The notes: generated by a model not told the origin, from the sequence alone. Counted from the first letter of the stretch, positions 1 to 9,650 are shown. The stretch is 64,000 nucleotides of DNA from Spirochaetaceae bacterium (GCA_965224705.1 OZ245056.1:864001-928000); one strand, 5' to 3'. Made by a program: numbers and translations.

Positions 1-1724
1 GTAACACTCAGAGTGCCAAGTCCCAATGGATAAACTCGGTCAAAAGTTCTTCCAATCTCCTGGGGATCTGTTATGCCCAGCAAGTCAGCAGAACGTTTGA
101 TTGCAGAATCAAATCCAATAGATTCCAGAACTTTCAGTGCCGGGATATTGAGGGACTTTGCCAGAGCATCCCGAAGCCGTACATGTCCATGCCATCGGCC
201 AAAATAATTACTTGGTTCATAAGGGGTTCCATCAGGACTGATAAAACGCTCAGGACCATCATATATCAGGGTGGCCGGGGTAAATTTTCCAGAACTCACT
301 GCCGCAGAGTAGTACAGGGGCTTAAACGCCGAACCAGGCATGACTTTGGCATTCATGGCCCTGTTGAATTGATTTTTACGATTGAACTCACTGCCGCCTA
401 TCATAGCCAGAATATGTCCGCTTCTGTTATCCAATGTGATAAGGGCTGTTTCAACGTTGTTCATCTGCGAATGGGTTCTGGCGTTGTTATACGTTATGTT
501 GACCAGGGATTTCAGGTTGCTGACTCCAAAGGTCATGGACATGATATCCATAAGCGGGTTCAACTCGTTTTCCAGGTATTTTTTTGCCTGCCTGTTGGAC
601 TGCTTGCTTGCTACACGGATACTGGGAATATTGAAGGTCAGAGAAAGCATATCAATGATTCCAACCAGATTCCTCATCGCATAAGCGGTTTTAGCACTCC
701 TGTCATTTCTATAGATGGTATTCCATTGATTAAGCCCTTCTGATATCTCTTTCTCAGCGGCTTTTTGTATGTCGAGATTCAATGTAGTATGAATGACATA
801 CCCATCTCTATATATATCCTGCTGGCCAAAGAGGTACTTCTCAATTTCAGATCGGATGAATTCACTGAAATACGGTGCCTTATCACTGGCTAAACGGCTG
901 AAGTAGGGTGAATCAGTAGAAGATCGGGACCAGTCGAAATTTGCCCAGTAGGTCTGAAATGATTCATCGGCTTCTTCAGCGGTCGTATAACCTGAATCCA
1001 CCATCTGATTGAGGATTTCCCTCTGACGGGATCGAGCTGCTTCTGGCTTGATTATTGGAGAATACAGCCCTGAACCAGCAAGTTGTATGACCAGCATAAC
1101 AGATTCCGCCGGTGTGTTTTCATTTGCAGAATGACCGAAGAAGAATTGGCTGGCCGCCTCAACTCCGTAAGTATTATGACCAAAGTATACGGTATTGAGA
1201 TACTGTTCAAGTATCTCCTGCTTTGTAAATCGACGTTCCATCTGGTAAGCCCACCAGAGTTCTTTGAGTTTTCTTTTCAAGGAAATCTCCGTTCTGTCGG
1301 CATGGCGCGTACCGGCCAGCTGCATGGTGATGGTACTGGCTCCCTGGAGGGAGCCTTTTCCGGTCAATAAGTATCGGGATGTTTGGTAAACAGCTCGCAG
1401 CAAACCCACAACGGAGAAGCCTGTGTGCTTAAAAAACAGGGCATCCTCTCTGGTAAGCAGGGCATATAATTGATTTTCCGGCAGTGATGTGAGAGGTATA
1501 ATATCCCTTTTCTCATCAGAAAAAAACTCAGTAATCAGTTCACCATTGATATCAAGAACACGAGACGGGATGGCGGATCGGGATGCAATCAGCTCTTCAA
1601 GGTGCATTGTGTTTTTGTTAATGGCCAGCATCAAACCAAGGGAAGTTCCCAGTACGGCGGCAATTATAAAAAGGATTGCAGTAAGAACCAAAAGGCTGAC
1701 CCGCCTCTTTACAGCTTTTTGCAT
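1..1724 (-). CDS. Class A penicillin-binding protein (PBP1A family), runs off the left edge
   Basis: Absent from the ORF track; manual translation gives an N-terminal TM segment, transglycosylase motifs REDALFFKHTG, GASTITMQL, RKLKE, KQEILEQYLNTVYFG and transpeptidase motifs PGSAFKP (SxxK) and KSLN (SxN). Alternative start at 1754. Confidence 0.93.
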   Translation of the reverse strand, partial: MQKAVKRRVSLLVLTAILFIIAAVLGTSLGLMLAINKNTMHLEELIASRSAIPSRVLDINGELITEFFSDEKRDIIPLTSLPENQLYALLTREDALFFKHTGFSVVGLLRAVYQTSRYLLTGKGSLQGASTITMQLAGTRHADRTEISLKRKLKELWWAYQMERRFTKQEILEQYLNTVYFGHNTYGVEAASQFFFGHSANENTPAESVMLVIQLAGSGLYSPIIKPEAARSRQREILNQMVDSGYTTAEEADESFQTYWANFDWSRSSTDSPYFSRLASDKAPYFSEFIRSEIEKYLFGQQDIYRDGYVIHTTLNLDIQKAAEKEISEGLNQWNTIYRNDRSAKTAYAMRNLVGIIDMLSLTFNIPSIRVASKQSNRQAKKYLENELNPLMDIMSMTFGVSNLKSLVNITYNNARTHSQMNNVETALITLDNRSGHILAMIGGSEFNRKNQFNRAMNAKVMPGSAFKPLYYSAAVSSGKFTPATLIYDGPERFISPDGTPYEPSNYFGRWHGHVRLRDALAKSLNIPALKVLESIGFDSAIKRSADLLGITDPQEIGRTFDRVYPLGLGTLSV

Positions 1725-1896
1725 GGTATGACGATATATATGGATATCATCCATGTCAATACTTTTCACAGCACACAGATTCTCTGTTCTACATGTTCCA
1801 GCACCCCTGCCCCGCAGACCAGATACTTCTTTTTGTCGGGTTTCGATGTGTCGATGATCACTTATGAAGTACAGCGGAGCATGAAGCGGTCAGACG

Positions 1897-2604
1897 ATGG
1901 AAATTAGAATTCTGAGTTTGGAAGACGGCGCTGAACTGGCTCGGGGAACCGTTATCATTATTGATGTTTTTCGAGCCTTTACGACAGAAGCTATCGCTTT
2001 TCAACATGGTGTAGAAAAAATATTCCTGACAGAAGATGTTCAGCAAGCGGTTAAATGGCGTACGATGGGTGTTGCGGAATACATTATGGGTGAGGTCGAT
2101 GGTATAATGCCCGGGGAATTTGATTATGACAATTCGCCCCGTCACTTCATCGAGAATCCTTCAAAATTCTCCGGGAAGCCATGTATACATCGATCCAGTT
2201 CGGGAACTCAGGGTATTGTACTGTCCTCTGTTCATGCCGAACAGATATACGCTGGTTCGTTTCTGACAGCCGAAGCGACGATTCAGGAGGTTTTACGGCA
2301 AAAATCCGGTATCGTGTCCATTGTTGCGATGGGAGTTGCGGGAAAGTACCGGGCTGATGAGGATGAACTGTGTGCTTACTACCTGCGAAGCCGTCTGGAA
2401 GGACGCAGTCCTGATACGAAAGCTATAAAAACATTGATTCGTCAGGGCAATACGTATCAGTCCTACAGGCGTTTTGCTGACGGGAACTATCCCGGGGATG
2501 CCGAAATAGCCCTGGAGATAGATCGATGTGACTTTGCGATTAGAATTGAAAGGGAAGAGGACAAACTTGTTTCAAGGCCTGTCACTCACGCCGATCTCCC
2601 TTAA
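1897..2604 (+). CDS. 2-phosphosulfolactate phosphatase (ComB) family protein
   Basis: VIIIDVFRAFTT, GEVDG..FDYDNSP, SSSGTQG and EDELCA motifs. Confidence 0.85.
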   Translation: MEIRILSLEDGAELARGTVIIIDVFRAFTTEAIAFQHGVEKIFLTEDVQQAVKWRTMGVAEYIMGEVDGIMPGEFDYDNSPRHFIENPSKFSGKPCIHRSSSGTQGIVLSSVHAEQIYAGSFLTAEATIQEVLRQKSGIVSIVAMGVAGKYRADEDELCAYYLRSRLEGRSPDTKAIKTLIRQGNTYQSYRRFADGNYPGDAEIALEIDRCDFAIRIEREEDKLVSRPVTHADLP

Positions 2605-2636
2605 TGGTCATTTACAAGCCTGCCGATGTTCAGTAT

Positions 2637-3239
2637 ATGAGAAGCTTTTTATCTCCTCTATTGATTGTTTTTACATTGATTTCTGTTGATATTCCGCTCA
2701 TTGCATCGACATGGGAGGAAACCGGTATTGCATCCTGGTACGGAGGTATTTTTCAAGGTCGGCTGACTGCCAGTGGAGAACCATACGATACCTATGGGTA
2801 TACCTGTGCCCATAAAACTCTGCCGTTTGGAACAATCCTCGATGTTAAAAATCTCAAGAATCAGAAAATCGTCAGGGTGAGGGTTAATGATCGAGGACCC
2901 TTTGTTGAGGATAGAATAATTGATTTGACATACAGTGCCGCCAGGGAACTTGACATGATCCGGGATGGAACCGCCCGAGTACTCATTACAACGACAGAAG
3001 CAGGTTTCCCGGAAATCCGGTATAATGTTCAGATCGGAGCCTGGGGGAACCTGGATAATGCCAGACGTCACCGGCAGCATCTGGAAGAAGCCGGTTTGAA
3101 ACCAACCGCTGTTCTCAACAACAGAGGTATCACTCGTTTGTTGATGGAGAATATAGAAGAAGATGACCTGGAAGTACTTTCAGCTCGATTAGAATCCCTG
3201 GGTTATACCAACCTCCTTGTTTCCAGGGTCCGTCAATAA
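2637..3239 (+). CDS. rlpA: Septal ring lytic transglycosylase RlpA family with C-terminal SPOR domain
   Basis: GIASWYG, TASGEPYD, TCAHKTLPFGT, VRVNDRGPF, RIIDL; C-terminal YNVQIGAW; start 2604 or 2637. Confidence 0.9.
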   Translation: MRSFLSPLLIVFTLISVDIPLIASTWEETGIASWYGGIFQGRLTASGEPYDTYGYTCAHKTLPFGTILDVKNLKNQKIVRVRVNDRGPFVEDRIIDLTYSAARELDMIRDGTARVLITTTEAGFPEIRYNVQIGAWGNLDNARRHRQHLEEAGLKPTAVLNNRGITRLLMENIEEDDLEVLSARLESLGYTNLLVSRVRQ

Positions 3240-4057
3240 ACAAAGAGCTGCAGCGCTTCCTGAACAGCCGATGCGAATCCATTATCCTCAGCTGGGGGTA
3301 GAGTCGTATACATGGCTCTCATCTCAGCCGGAGCACTGGCCACAACATACCCATATCCTGCCCAGGCCAGCATTGATTCATCATTGTGGTCATTGCCCAG
3401 GGCCAGCACACGATGATCGGGAATGTCATTCTCCCTGCAATACCGGGCAAGGGCCTGACCCTTATTGATACCCGCTGGAAATATTTCTATCCAGGTTGAC
3501 CTGTGATCCAGTGGAGACGAACCATGAAATACCGACCATTTCGAAAGTCGTTCGAGAAGCTGTACAGGAATCCGCTGATTCACCGGCCGTATAACCAATA
3601 TCTGTGAAGCATCTCCTTCCATATCGGGTCTCAACCATTGCCTGTAAATTGTCATTCTGGTATCAAAATCCGGGTTTTTTGCTGGAGATCTATGCCGTGT
3701 ATACCGAAAATAATGATTCTTCGGTATGGGATTAAGGATGCAGTAATCCTCTTTGCAGGCATCAAGTATACTGCAAATCTCATTCACCTCTTCGGCGGAA
3801 AGCCTCCCCTTTTCTATAGGAATGGAATCCTTGTGTTCCCAGAGTCCAGCCCCCGAAGAAAACAGAACGGTATCGGCAATGTCCCACAAGCCCTCAACCC
3901 GGCCGAGAGATTCAAAGTTTCGCCCGGTAACTACCAGGATTGGAATACCCAGTGACTTGAGTTGTTCGGCAGCTTTACGATTATGTTGACCGATCCGACC
4001 ATTGACAGCCAGTGTACCATCCAGGTCGGTGGCAAGAAGAGCCGATGCAGGAGTCAT
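3233..4057 (-). CDS. HAD-IIB (Cof-like) hydrolase
   Basis: TDLDGTL, VTGR, NKG, LGNDHNDESML motifs. Confidence 0.88.
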   Translation of the reverse strand: MTPASALLATDLDGTLAVNGRIGQHNRKAAEQLKSLGIPILVVTGRNFESLGRVEGLWDIADTVLFSSGAGLWEHKDSIPIEKGRLSAEEVNEICSILDACKEDYCILNPIPKNHYFRYTRHRSPAKNPDFDTRMTIYRQWLRPDMEGDASQILVIRPVNQRIPVQLLERLSKWSVFHGSSPLDHRSTWIEIFPAGINKGQALARYCRENDIPDHRVLALGNDHNDESMLAWAGYGYVVASAPAEMRAMYTTLPPAEDNGFASAVQEALQLFVY

Positions 4058-4273
4058 GTTTTCAGTATAGCAGAACAGAAGGCCGTCCTGGAATTCTATT
4101 GTTCAATGATCTTCAAAGTATAGAATGGATACGGAGGGATTCATTCCACAGCCGATCTTACCCACTGGATTTTTTCCCATCGACTACTATGAAAATAAGA
4201 AGAAAATCAAAAAAACAGCGAGCAAATACTGGCTGAAAATGCCCTTTTTAAGCAGAATCAATCAAGTACCCCT

Positions 4274-4330
4274 TCAAGGCTTAAACAGCGGATAGAGGGG
4301 TTTTAATTTCATCCGAGCATCATCAGCAGC
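4274..4330 (-). pseudogene. Possible IS630-family transposase C-terminal remnant
   Basis: Minus strand reads AADDARMKLKPLYPLFKP*, similar to the DARIKLKRLYP C-terminus of IS630-type transposases; cut at the IS256 end. Confidence 0.4.
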
Positions 4331-4424
4331 GAGATATAATCAAAAGTTGTGGAAAGGACGAAAAAAAGGGCAAATCCTTCTGTAGAATAAATGCTAATCA
4401 ACCAATACAAGAAGGAGATGCCCT

Positions 4425-5841
4425 ATGGGTAAAGAGACTACCACGGAAATGACTTTCCAGGAAGAGTGTGAAAACTGGTCCATACTGGAAAAGGTTCTAC
4501 GGGAAGGTGCACGGAGAATGTTGAAACAGGCGCTGGGAGCCTGTCGGACTTACGCCTCACGGCTCGATTTTTGCCCTTTTTTCCCGCTACGGCGTTGCCA
4601 AAATGCTCACGTAGCCCAGCTACGCTCCGCTTTTGCCGCCTTGTATCGAAAAAAAATCATCAAAAATCGCCTCGAAGTCTCAAAGTCCGACAGACTCCTA
4701 GAGAATGAAATCGAAGAATACCTCATGAAACATTCTCAGACCGATGAAAACGGCCATCGTCTGGTTGTACGGAATGGCTATCATCCCCAGCGTAATATTG
4801 TCACGGGAATCGGCCCCATGACAATCAAAGCACCGAGAGTTGATGATCGGAAAATCGATCCGGAGAGGAAAAACCCATTTACCAGTGCGATTCTTCCCCG
4901 GTATTTGAGAAAGATTCCCAGTATCGATAACCTGCTCCCTGTATTGTACTTGAAAGGAGTCTCGACAAGCGGTTTTCAGGATGTCCTGGCATCCATACCT
5001 GGGGAAGGAGCAAAAGGGCTCTCCGCTGCCAATATCATCCGTCTGAAGAAAAGCTGGGAAGATGAGTTTAACACCTGGAGCCACCGGGGTTTGAGCGGCA
5101 AGAAATATGCCTACATCTGGGTGGATGGTATTCATTTCAATGCCCGTCTGGAAGATGACCGATGCTGTATTTTGGTCATCGTCGGGGCGGATGAGAACGA
5201 AAACAAGGAGCTTATTGCCGTTGAATCGGGTTATAGAGAGTCGGCACTTAGCTGGAAGGAGATGCTGCTTTCAATTTGTCATAGGGGTTTGCACGAGGCC
5301 CCCAAGCTGGCGATTGGCGATGGGGCTCCTGGATTCTGGAAGGCTTTGACTGAGGTTTTCCCACAGACAAAGCGACAGCGATGCTGGGTCCACAAGATGG
5401 CCAATATTCTGGATAAGATGCCTAAATCTGTGCAGCCTGGAGCCAAGTCACTGATCCATGATATGTATATGGCTGATACGGAAGAAAACGCCCGGAAGGC
5501 CTATAAACATTTTATCTCTGTGTATGGGGCCAAGTACCCCAAAGCGACCGAATGCCTTAAGGAAGGATCAGGATGATCTGTTTCGATTTTATTCTTTTCC
5601 TGGTATTCACTGGATTCATATCCGCACGACAAATCCGATTGAATCAACATTCGCGACGGTCCGACTCAGGACAAAGCGAACCAAAGGTTGCGGGAGTAGA
5701 ATTGCGACTCTCACGATGGTTTGGAAGCCAAGTTGTGAGGCGGAGAAGACCTGGAAGAAGATGAAGGATTATAAACTGATCCCAAAAGTTATTCAGGAAG
5801 TTGTTTGTAAAGATGGAAATTTCATTGAGGAAGTTGCATAA
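4425..5841 (+). pseudogene. IS256 transposase with an in-frame 55-aa insertion and a frameshift near 5560-5576
   Basis: VRNGY, LYLKGVST, YIWVDG, IGDGA, QRCWVHK in ORF 4425-5576; IRTTNPIES continues in another frame (5458-5841). Confidence 0.9.
4537..4697 (+). mobile_element. 161-bp palindromic miniature element (MITE), copy 1
   Basis: Ends GAGCCTGTCGGACTT / AAGTCCGACAGACTC; flanks CTGG and CTAG; related copies at 24199 and 27129. Confidence 0.9.
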
Positions 5842-5889
5842 ATTGGAGGATTTCGCACTTTTTTCATCCACAACATTTGACAATATCTC

Positions 5890-6126
5890 GTTAAAAAAAT
5901 ATTCGAATCATCATTTTTTGAAAAGACAGCTTCTTCTTTAGTGATACCATTTACGAATTCAGATGAGATAGGTAAAGGAGATATTAAATGGCTATTGGCT
6001 ATTGACTCAACGTGGCCTCAACTTTATCTGGATAAAGAGATGCAATATCGAACCTTGGGTTTTGCAATATATGGAAGTGTTAAGCATACTATTGATAAAA
6101 TTGATGCTTCAGAGAAAAAGGATTAG
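5890..6126 (+). pseudogene. 3' fragment of an AT-rich hypothetical cassette gene truncated by IS256
   Basis: Frame is open from the IS256 end to TAG at 6126, followed 18 nt later by an attC site. Confidence 0.6.
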
Positions 6127-6144
6127 GTGTGTTACAAAAACATC

Positions 6145-6330
6145 GCCTAACAGCATTTACACTTCCGCTCCCGTTGGTCGCTCCACCTCTTCGGGAGAGA
6201 TTTTCTTTTGTCACGGACTTTGCATACGCAAATTCCGCGCCAATCCGCCGGGAACCTGTCACGCCTTTTGCAAAGCAAAAGCCGCGCCAGAGCGGAGCAG
6301 AAAACCTCGTGTAAATGCAGAACGTTAGAC
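6145..6330 (+). other. Integron attC site, unusually long (186 bp)
   Basis: R'' GCCTAAC (RYYYAAC), R' GTTAGAC (GTTRRRY), inner inverted repeats GCATTTACAC/GTGTAAATGC and TCCGCTC/GAGCGGA. Confidence 0.8.
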
Positions 6331-6366
6331 GAAATTCTTTGAATTAGTATCATTCTCAATTTGTAG

Positions 6367-6395
6367 TGGACAAAGAATCCATAAAAGTTGATAAT
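6367..6395 (+). promoter_or_regulatory. Sigma70-type promoter inside the TA cassette
   Basis: TGGACA-17 nt-GATAAT, 6 nt before ATG 6402. Confidence 0.6.
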
Positions 6396-6401
6396 GGACT
6401 T

Positions 6402-6668
6402 ATGCCAACGTTATCAATGTTTTTTGGAATTGTAATTAGAATGTATTTGGGAAAATCAGAGCATAATCCTCCTCATTTTCATGCTTATTATCAGGGGACA
6501 AAAGCATCATTTGATATTAACAGTTGTGAAATGACAGAGGGTGATATTCCAAGCAGACAAGTAAAACTAATTGTTGCTTGGGCAGAACTTCATAAAGAAG
6601 AGTTGTTAGCTGACTGGGAGTTAGCTCAGGATGGTGAAAAACCATTTAAAATAGATCCTTTGAGGTAG
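6402..6668 (+). CDS. DUF4160 family protein, putative type II toxin
   Basis: MPTLSMFFGIVIRMY, EHNPPHFHAYY, WAELHKEELLADW, KIDPL. Confidence 0.88.
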   Translation: MPTLSMFFGIVIRMYLGKSEHNPPHFHAYYQGTKASFDINSCEMTEGDIPSRQVKLIVAWAELHKEELLADWELAQDGEKPFKIDPLR

Positions 6669-6673
6669 TTTTT

Positions 6674-6928
6674 ATGTATTTAGGTGTAATTGATGTTAAA
6701 CCTTTAGATGATTATCAGCTTGAATTAGTATTTGAAAATAATGAGAATAGAATATTTGATACTACTCCATATTTAGATACTGGTATCTTTTCAGAATTAA
6801 TAGATAATTCAATGTTTAAAACAGTTCATGTAAGTTTTGATACTATAGAGTGGGCAAATGGAGCAGATTTAGATCCTGAAGTATTGTATGAGAAAAGTCA
6901 GCCTGTTCATTCAAAGAAAATCGTCTAA
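6674..6928 (+). CDS. DUF2442 family protein, putative antitoxin
   Basis: VKPLDDYQLELVFENNE, TIEWANGADLDPEVLY; typical partner of DUF4160. Confidence 0.88.
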   Translation: MYLGVIDVKPLDDYQLELVFENNENRIFDTTPYLDTGIFSELIDNSMFKTVHVSFDTIEWANGADLDPEVLYEKSQPVHSKKIV

Positions 6929-6965
6929 CAGACAATATATGCTCCGCTTCGCTGCGGTCGCGCTG
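6923..6965 (+). other. Left part of a second attC site, truncated by IS3
   Basis: GTCTAAC overlaps the antitoxin stop and is the exact reverse complement of GTTAGAC at 6324; followed by GCTCCGCTTCGCTGCGG. Confidence 0.7.
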
Positions 6966-7013
6966 TGCCAGAGTAGTTGTCACACAAGTTAAGTCAACGT
7001 AGGAGGTGACAAC

Positions 7014-7502
7014 ATGCAGCGCTACAGTGTTCAATTCAGGAATACTATCTTGCAAAAGATGATCGGCCCGGAGAAACGGAAGGCAGCTGATCTCTCAGAG
7101 GAATTCGGGGTTTCTGCCGCCACAATCTATGGGTGGAAATCAAAGCTAAAAGACGGTACCCTTTCAGTTATGGAAAATGAATCAACCAGTCATGAGAGAA
7201 TACCGTCGGAGAAGCTAATGCTTCTACTCGAGTCAAAGAATATTTGTGAAGCAGAAATGGGTGAATGGCTTCGCCGAAATGGTCTGCATTCTGAGCATCT
7301 TGGGCTATGGGAACAAGAGCTCCGGGTCCTTGTTGATCAGAAAGGTGGGGATAAGTCCCGGGAGATGAAGGAGATTCGCAAGGAGCTGAAAAAGAGGGAT
7401 AAAGAGCTTAACCGTAAGGACAAGGCTCTTGCGGAGATGTCAACAATTATAGCACTTCAAAAAAAAACATCTCTTCTGTTTCAGGAGGCCGAGGACGAGT
7501 GA
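7014..7502 (+). CDS. IS3 transposase OrfA (HTH + coiled coil)
   Basis: LSEEFGVSAATIYGW, GEWLRRNGLHSEHL, KDKALAE. Confidence 0.85.
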   Translation: MQRYSVQFRNTILQKMIGPEKRKAADLSEEFGVSAATIYGWKSKLKDGTLSVMENESTSHERIPSEKLMLLLESKNICEAEMGEWLRRNGLHSEHLGLWEQELRVLVDQKGGDKSREMKEIRKELKKRDKELNRKDKALAEMSTIIALQKKTSLLFQEAEDE

Positions 7503-8542
7503 CCCATCGTCGTGTGGAAAAGCAGATTGTTTCTGATATCAAGGAGGCTGTGGCTTTAGGGGCTCCAATCTACAAATGCTGTGATGCTCTGGGAATTCAA
7601 ACAAGAACGTACTACCGGTGGACTCAATGCACCGATGATAAGCGCGCAGGGAAGGCAAGGGTGAATCCAAAGGCCCTAAGCGAACAGAAAAAGGATGCGA
7701 TCATTGCTGTTTGCTGCTCGGAAAGGTTTGTGGATACCAATCCTTATGAAATTGTTGCAATTCTTGCTGAAGAAGACACTTACCTTGCAAGTCCCAGAAC
7801 ATTCTATCGAGTGTTGAAACAGCGGGGACTCCTCTCTCACAGGCGAAGTTCAAAGCCGCCGAGAAAGTCCTACAGACCGCCGGAACTTAAAGCGACCGGC
7901 CCGGATCAAGTGTATTTCTGGGATATTACATGGATGCCCTCTCAGGTGAATGGTCTATTCTGGTATGCCTATGCTGTCATTGACGTTTGGAGCCGTGAGA
8001 TTGTTGGCTGGACCATTCATGATTCTGAGTCGGAAAAATATGCCAGGGAGTTATTCCTTAGAATTAAAGCGAAACGAGATCTCAAGGGAACCTGGCTCCA
8101 TGCGGACAATGGAAATCCCATGCGGGGAGCAACCTTTGCTGTTACTCTGGCAAACATGGGTATGTTCCTTTCGCACTCCCGGCCCTTGGTGAAGAATGAC
8201 AATCCATTCATAGAGTCATTCTTCAGGACTCTGAAATACCATGCTGGTTACCCACGGCGCTTTGCCACTATTGATGAGGCCAGGAGTTGGACGGCAGATT
8301 TCATCAACTGGTATAACACAATTCATAGGCATTCGGGAATCGGTTATGTCACACCGGTACAGCGGCGAACAGGTGCATCATCCAATCTATTCGCCAGAAG
8401 AAACCGGACACTTCAGGAGGCATGGAAGAAGCACCCTGAACGTTTTCCGAAAAGGGGTCCCCGGATGTGGAGGGAGCGTATGGTTGTCTACCTGAATCCT
8501 TCACGGGAAACCAGAAAGTTTTTATATAAAAAAGTAGGATGA
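7499..8542 (+). CDS. IS3 transposase OrfB (DDE integrase core)
   Basis: WDITW, IDVWSREIVGW, HADNG, NDNPFIESFFRTLKY, YNTIHRHSGIGYVTP. Confidence 0.92.
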   Translation: MTHRRVEKQIVSDIKEAVALGAPIYKCCDALGIQTRTYYRWTQCTDDKRAGKARVNPKALSEQKKDAIIAVCCSERFVDTNPYEIVAILAEEDTYLASPRTFYRVLKQRGLLSHRRSSKPPRKSYRPPELKATGPDQVYFWDITWMPSQVNGLFWYAYAVIDVWSREIVGWTIHDSESEKYARELFLRIKAKRDLKGTWLHADNGNPMRGATFAVTLANMGMFLSHSRPLVKNDNPFIESFFRTLKYHAGYPRRFATIDEARSWTADFINWYNTIHRHSGIGYVTPVQRRTGASSNLFARRNRTLQEAWKKHPERFPKRGPRMWRERMVVYLNPSRETRKFLYKKVG

Positions 8543-8562
8543 TCGTGACAACTTGCTTGACA

Positions 8563-8889
8563 CTAAGCGGATGGGTATAAACTCATAACGGCGTATTTGC
8601 AGCTTGTCATAACCGGGCATCTTTTGATGACATAGGGACACACTGGCTTGCTATTCTTCCTCGGGACAACTTCAACAAGCAGTGTACCAGAGGCTCCATC
8701 CACAAACCGTACTTTTTCGTACACGAACCCCTTGAAGTGATAGACTTTGTTCAGTAATGTTTTGATTAGCACCGAATTCCCTCTGTTAGCTTTGTTTTGC
8801 GAGATTTAGTTTAACAGATTTCGGTGCTTTTTGTTTTCTCTTATTTTGTCTCGGAGCTTTAGAGCACCCACACATTCTGACAGGGAGCC
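8563..8889 (-). mobile_element. Left end of an ISL3-family element with truncated transposase N-terminus (8563-8772)
   Basis: Minus-strand end GGCTCCCTGTCAGAATGTGTGGG; ORF MLIKTLLNKVYHFKGFVY..PRKNSKPVC cut by IS3. Confidence 0.8.
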
Positions 8890-8904
8890 GAATTATATAA
8901 CTTT

Positions 8905-9465
8905 TTACCAATGAGCACGAGGTATTTCACCCGGATTATCTGCTATTTCTGAATATTTAGCCTTATATACGCTTAACTCATCTAGTCCACTCGCATATGC
9001 TCCATAATGACTTTCAGGAATTAACCCCGGATTACGTTCAATCTCATCATATATATTTTTAAAAGTGGTTAAATCATGTGGGCCAGCGGCATATAGGCCA
9101 AATTGAGTACGAGGTATGTTACCTGGATCTTCCATTATTTCTATGTACCTGGTTTTAAATTCGCTCAAGCTATAATATGCACATCCTGCAAAGACACCAA
9201 ACATGTAACTCGGAATTTCTCCAGGAGAGTTTGATATTTCTTCATGCCTAGCTTTAAAAAGTTCTAAATCTTCAAGTCCTGCAGCATAATTCCCGAATTG
9301 CTCAATTGGAATACTACCTGGATTACTTTTTATCTCTGAATATCTCATTTTAAATACTTCCAAGTCATGTTGAGAGTCAGAGTAACCCATTACTCCACTT
9401 GCATATACAAGACTATAACTCGTTGTCAGGAGAATTATAACTAATATATATTTGATATTCCTCAT
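8905..9465 (-). CDS. Secreted hypothetical protein built of about five 32-aa tandem repeats
   Basis: AGGAG RBS, signal peptide ending VYA, repeat unit xDLxxFKxxYxEIxxNPGxIPxxxFGxYAxG. Confidence 0.8.
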   Translation of the reverse strand: MRNIKYILVIILLTTSYSLVYASGVMGYSDSQHDLEVFKMRYSEIKSNPGSIPIEQFGNYAAGLEDLELFKARHEEISNSPGEIPSYMFGVFAGCAYYSLSEFKTRYIEIMEDPGNIPRTQFGLYAAGPHDLTTFKNIYDEIERNPGLIPESHYGAYASGLDELSVYKAKYSEIADNPGEIPRAHW

Positions 9466-9557
9466 GAGTTCTCCTCATACTAACTCAACCAAATCCTCAT
9501 TGAAAATGAAACTTTTGTCAAGCTCTTTACATGGGAAAACCATTTCTCTATGTTCTA

Positions 9558-9650
9558 CCTGAATCCGTATAAAAAAGGTTCAAACTCTTGTGATATAATG
9601 GTTTATGACTGAAAAACCAATTAACCCAGGAGGTGAGCCTTATGAAAATA
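9558..9650 (+). mobile_element. Possible left end of an IS1380-like element
   Basis: Starts CCTGAATCC, contains TGATATAAT and GGAGGTGA then ATGAAAATA, cut by the mini-ISL3. Confidence 0.35.

Larger units (their letters stand above)
4331..5889 (+). mobile_element. IS256-family insertion sequence (degenerate)
   Basis: Terminal inverted repeats GAGATATAATCAAAAGTTGTGG (4331) and CCACAACATTTGACAATATCTC (ending 5889); no target duplication seen. Confidence 0.9.
6966..8562 (+). mobile_element. IS3-family insertion sequence
   Basis: TG...CA ends: TGCCAGAGTAGTTGTCAC and GTGACAACTTGCTTGACA; two ORFs; A9 run at 7459-7467 (possible -1 frameshift site). Confidence 0.88.

Noticed and set aside
183..1731. 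Short plus-strand ORFs at the window start
   Set aside because: They lie opposite the PBP1A gene, which the track missed because it runs off the edge
8905..9465. Repeat-protein gene as an integron cassette
   Set aside because: No attC remnant is visible on either side
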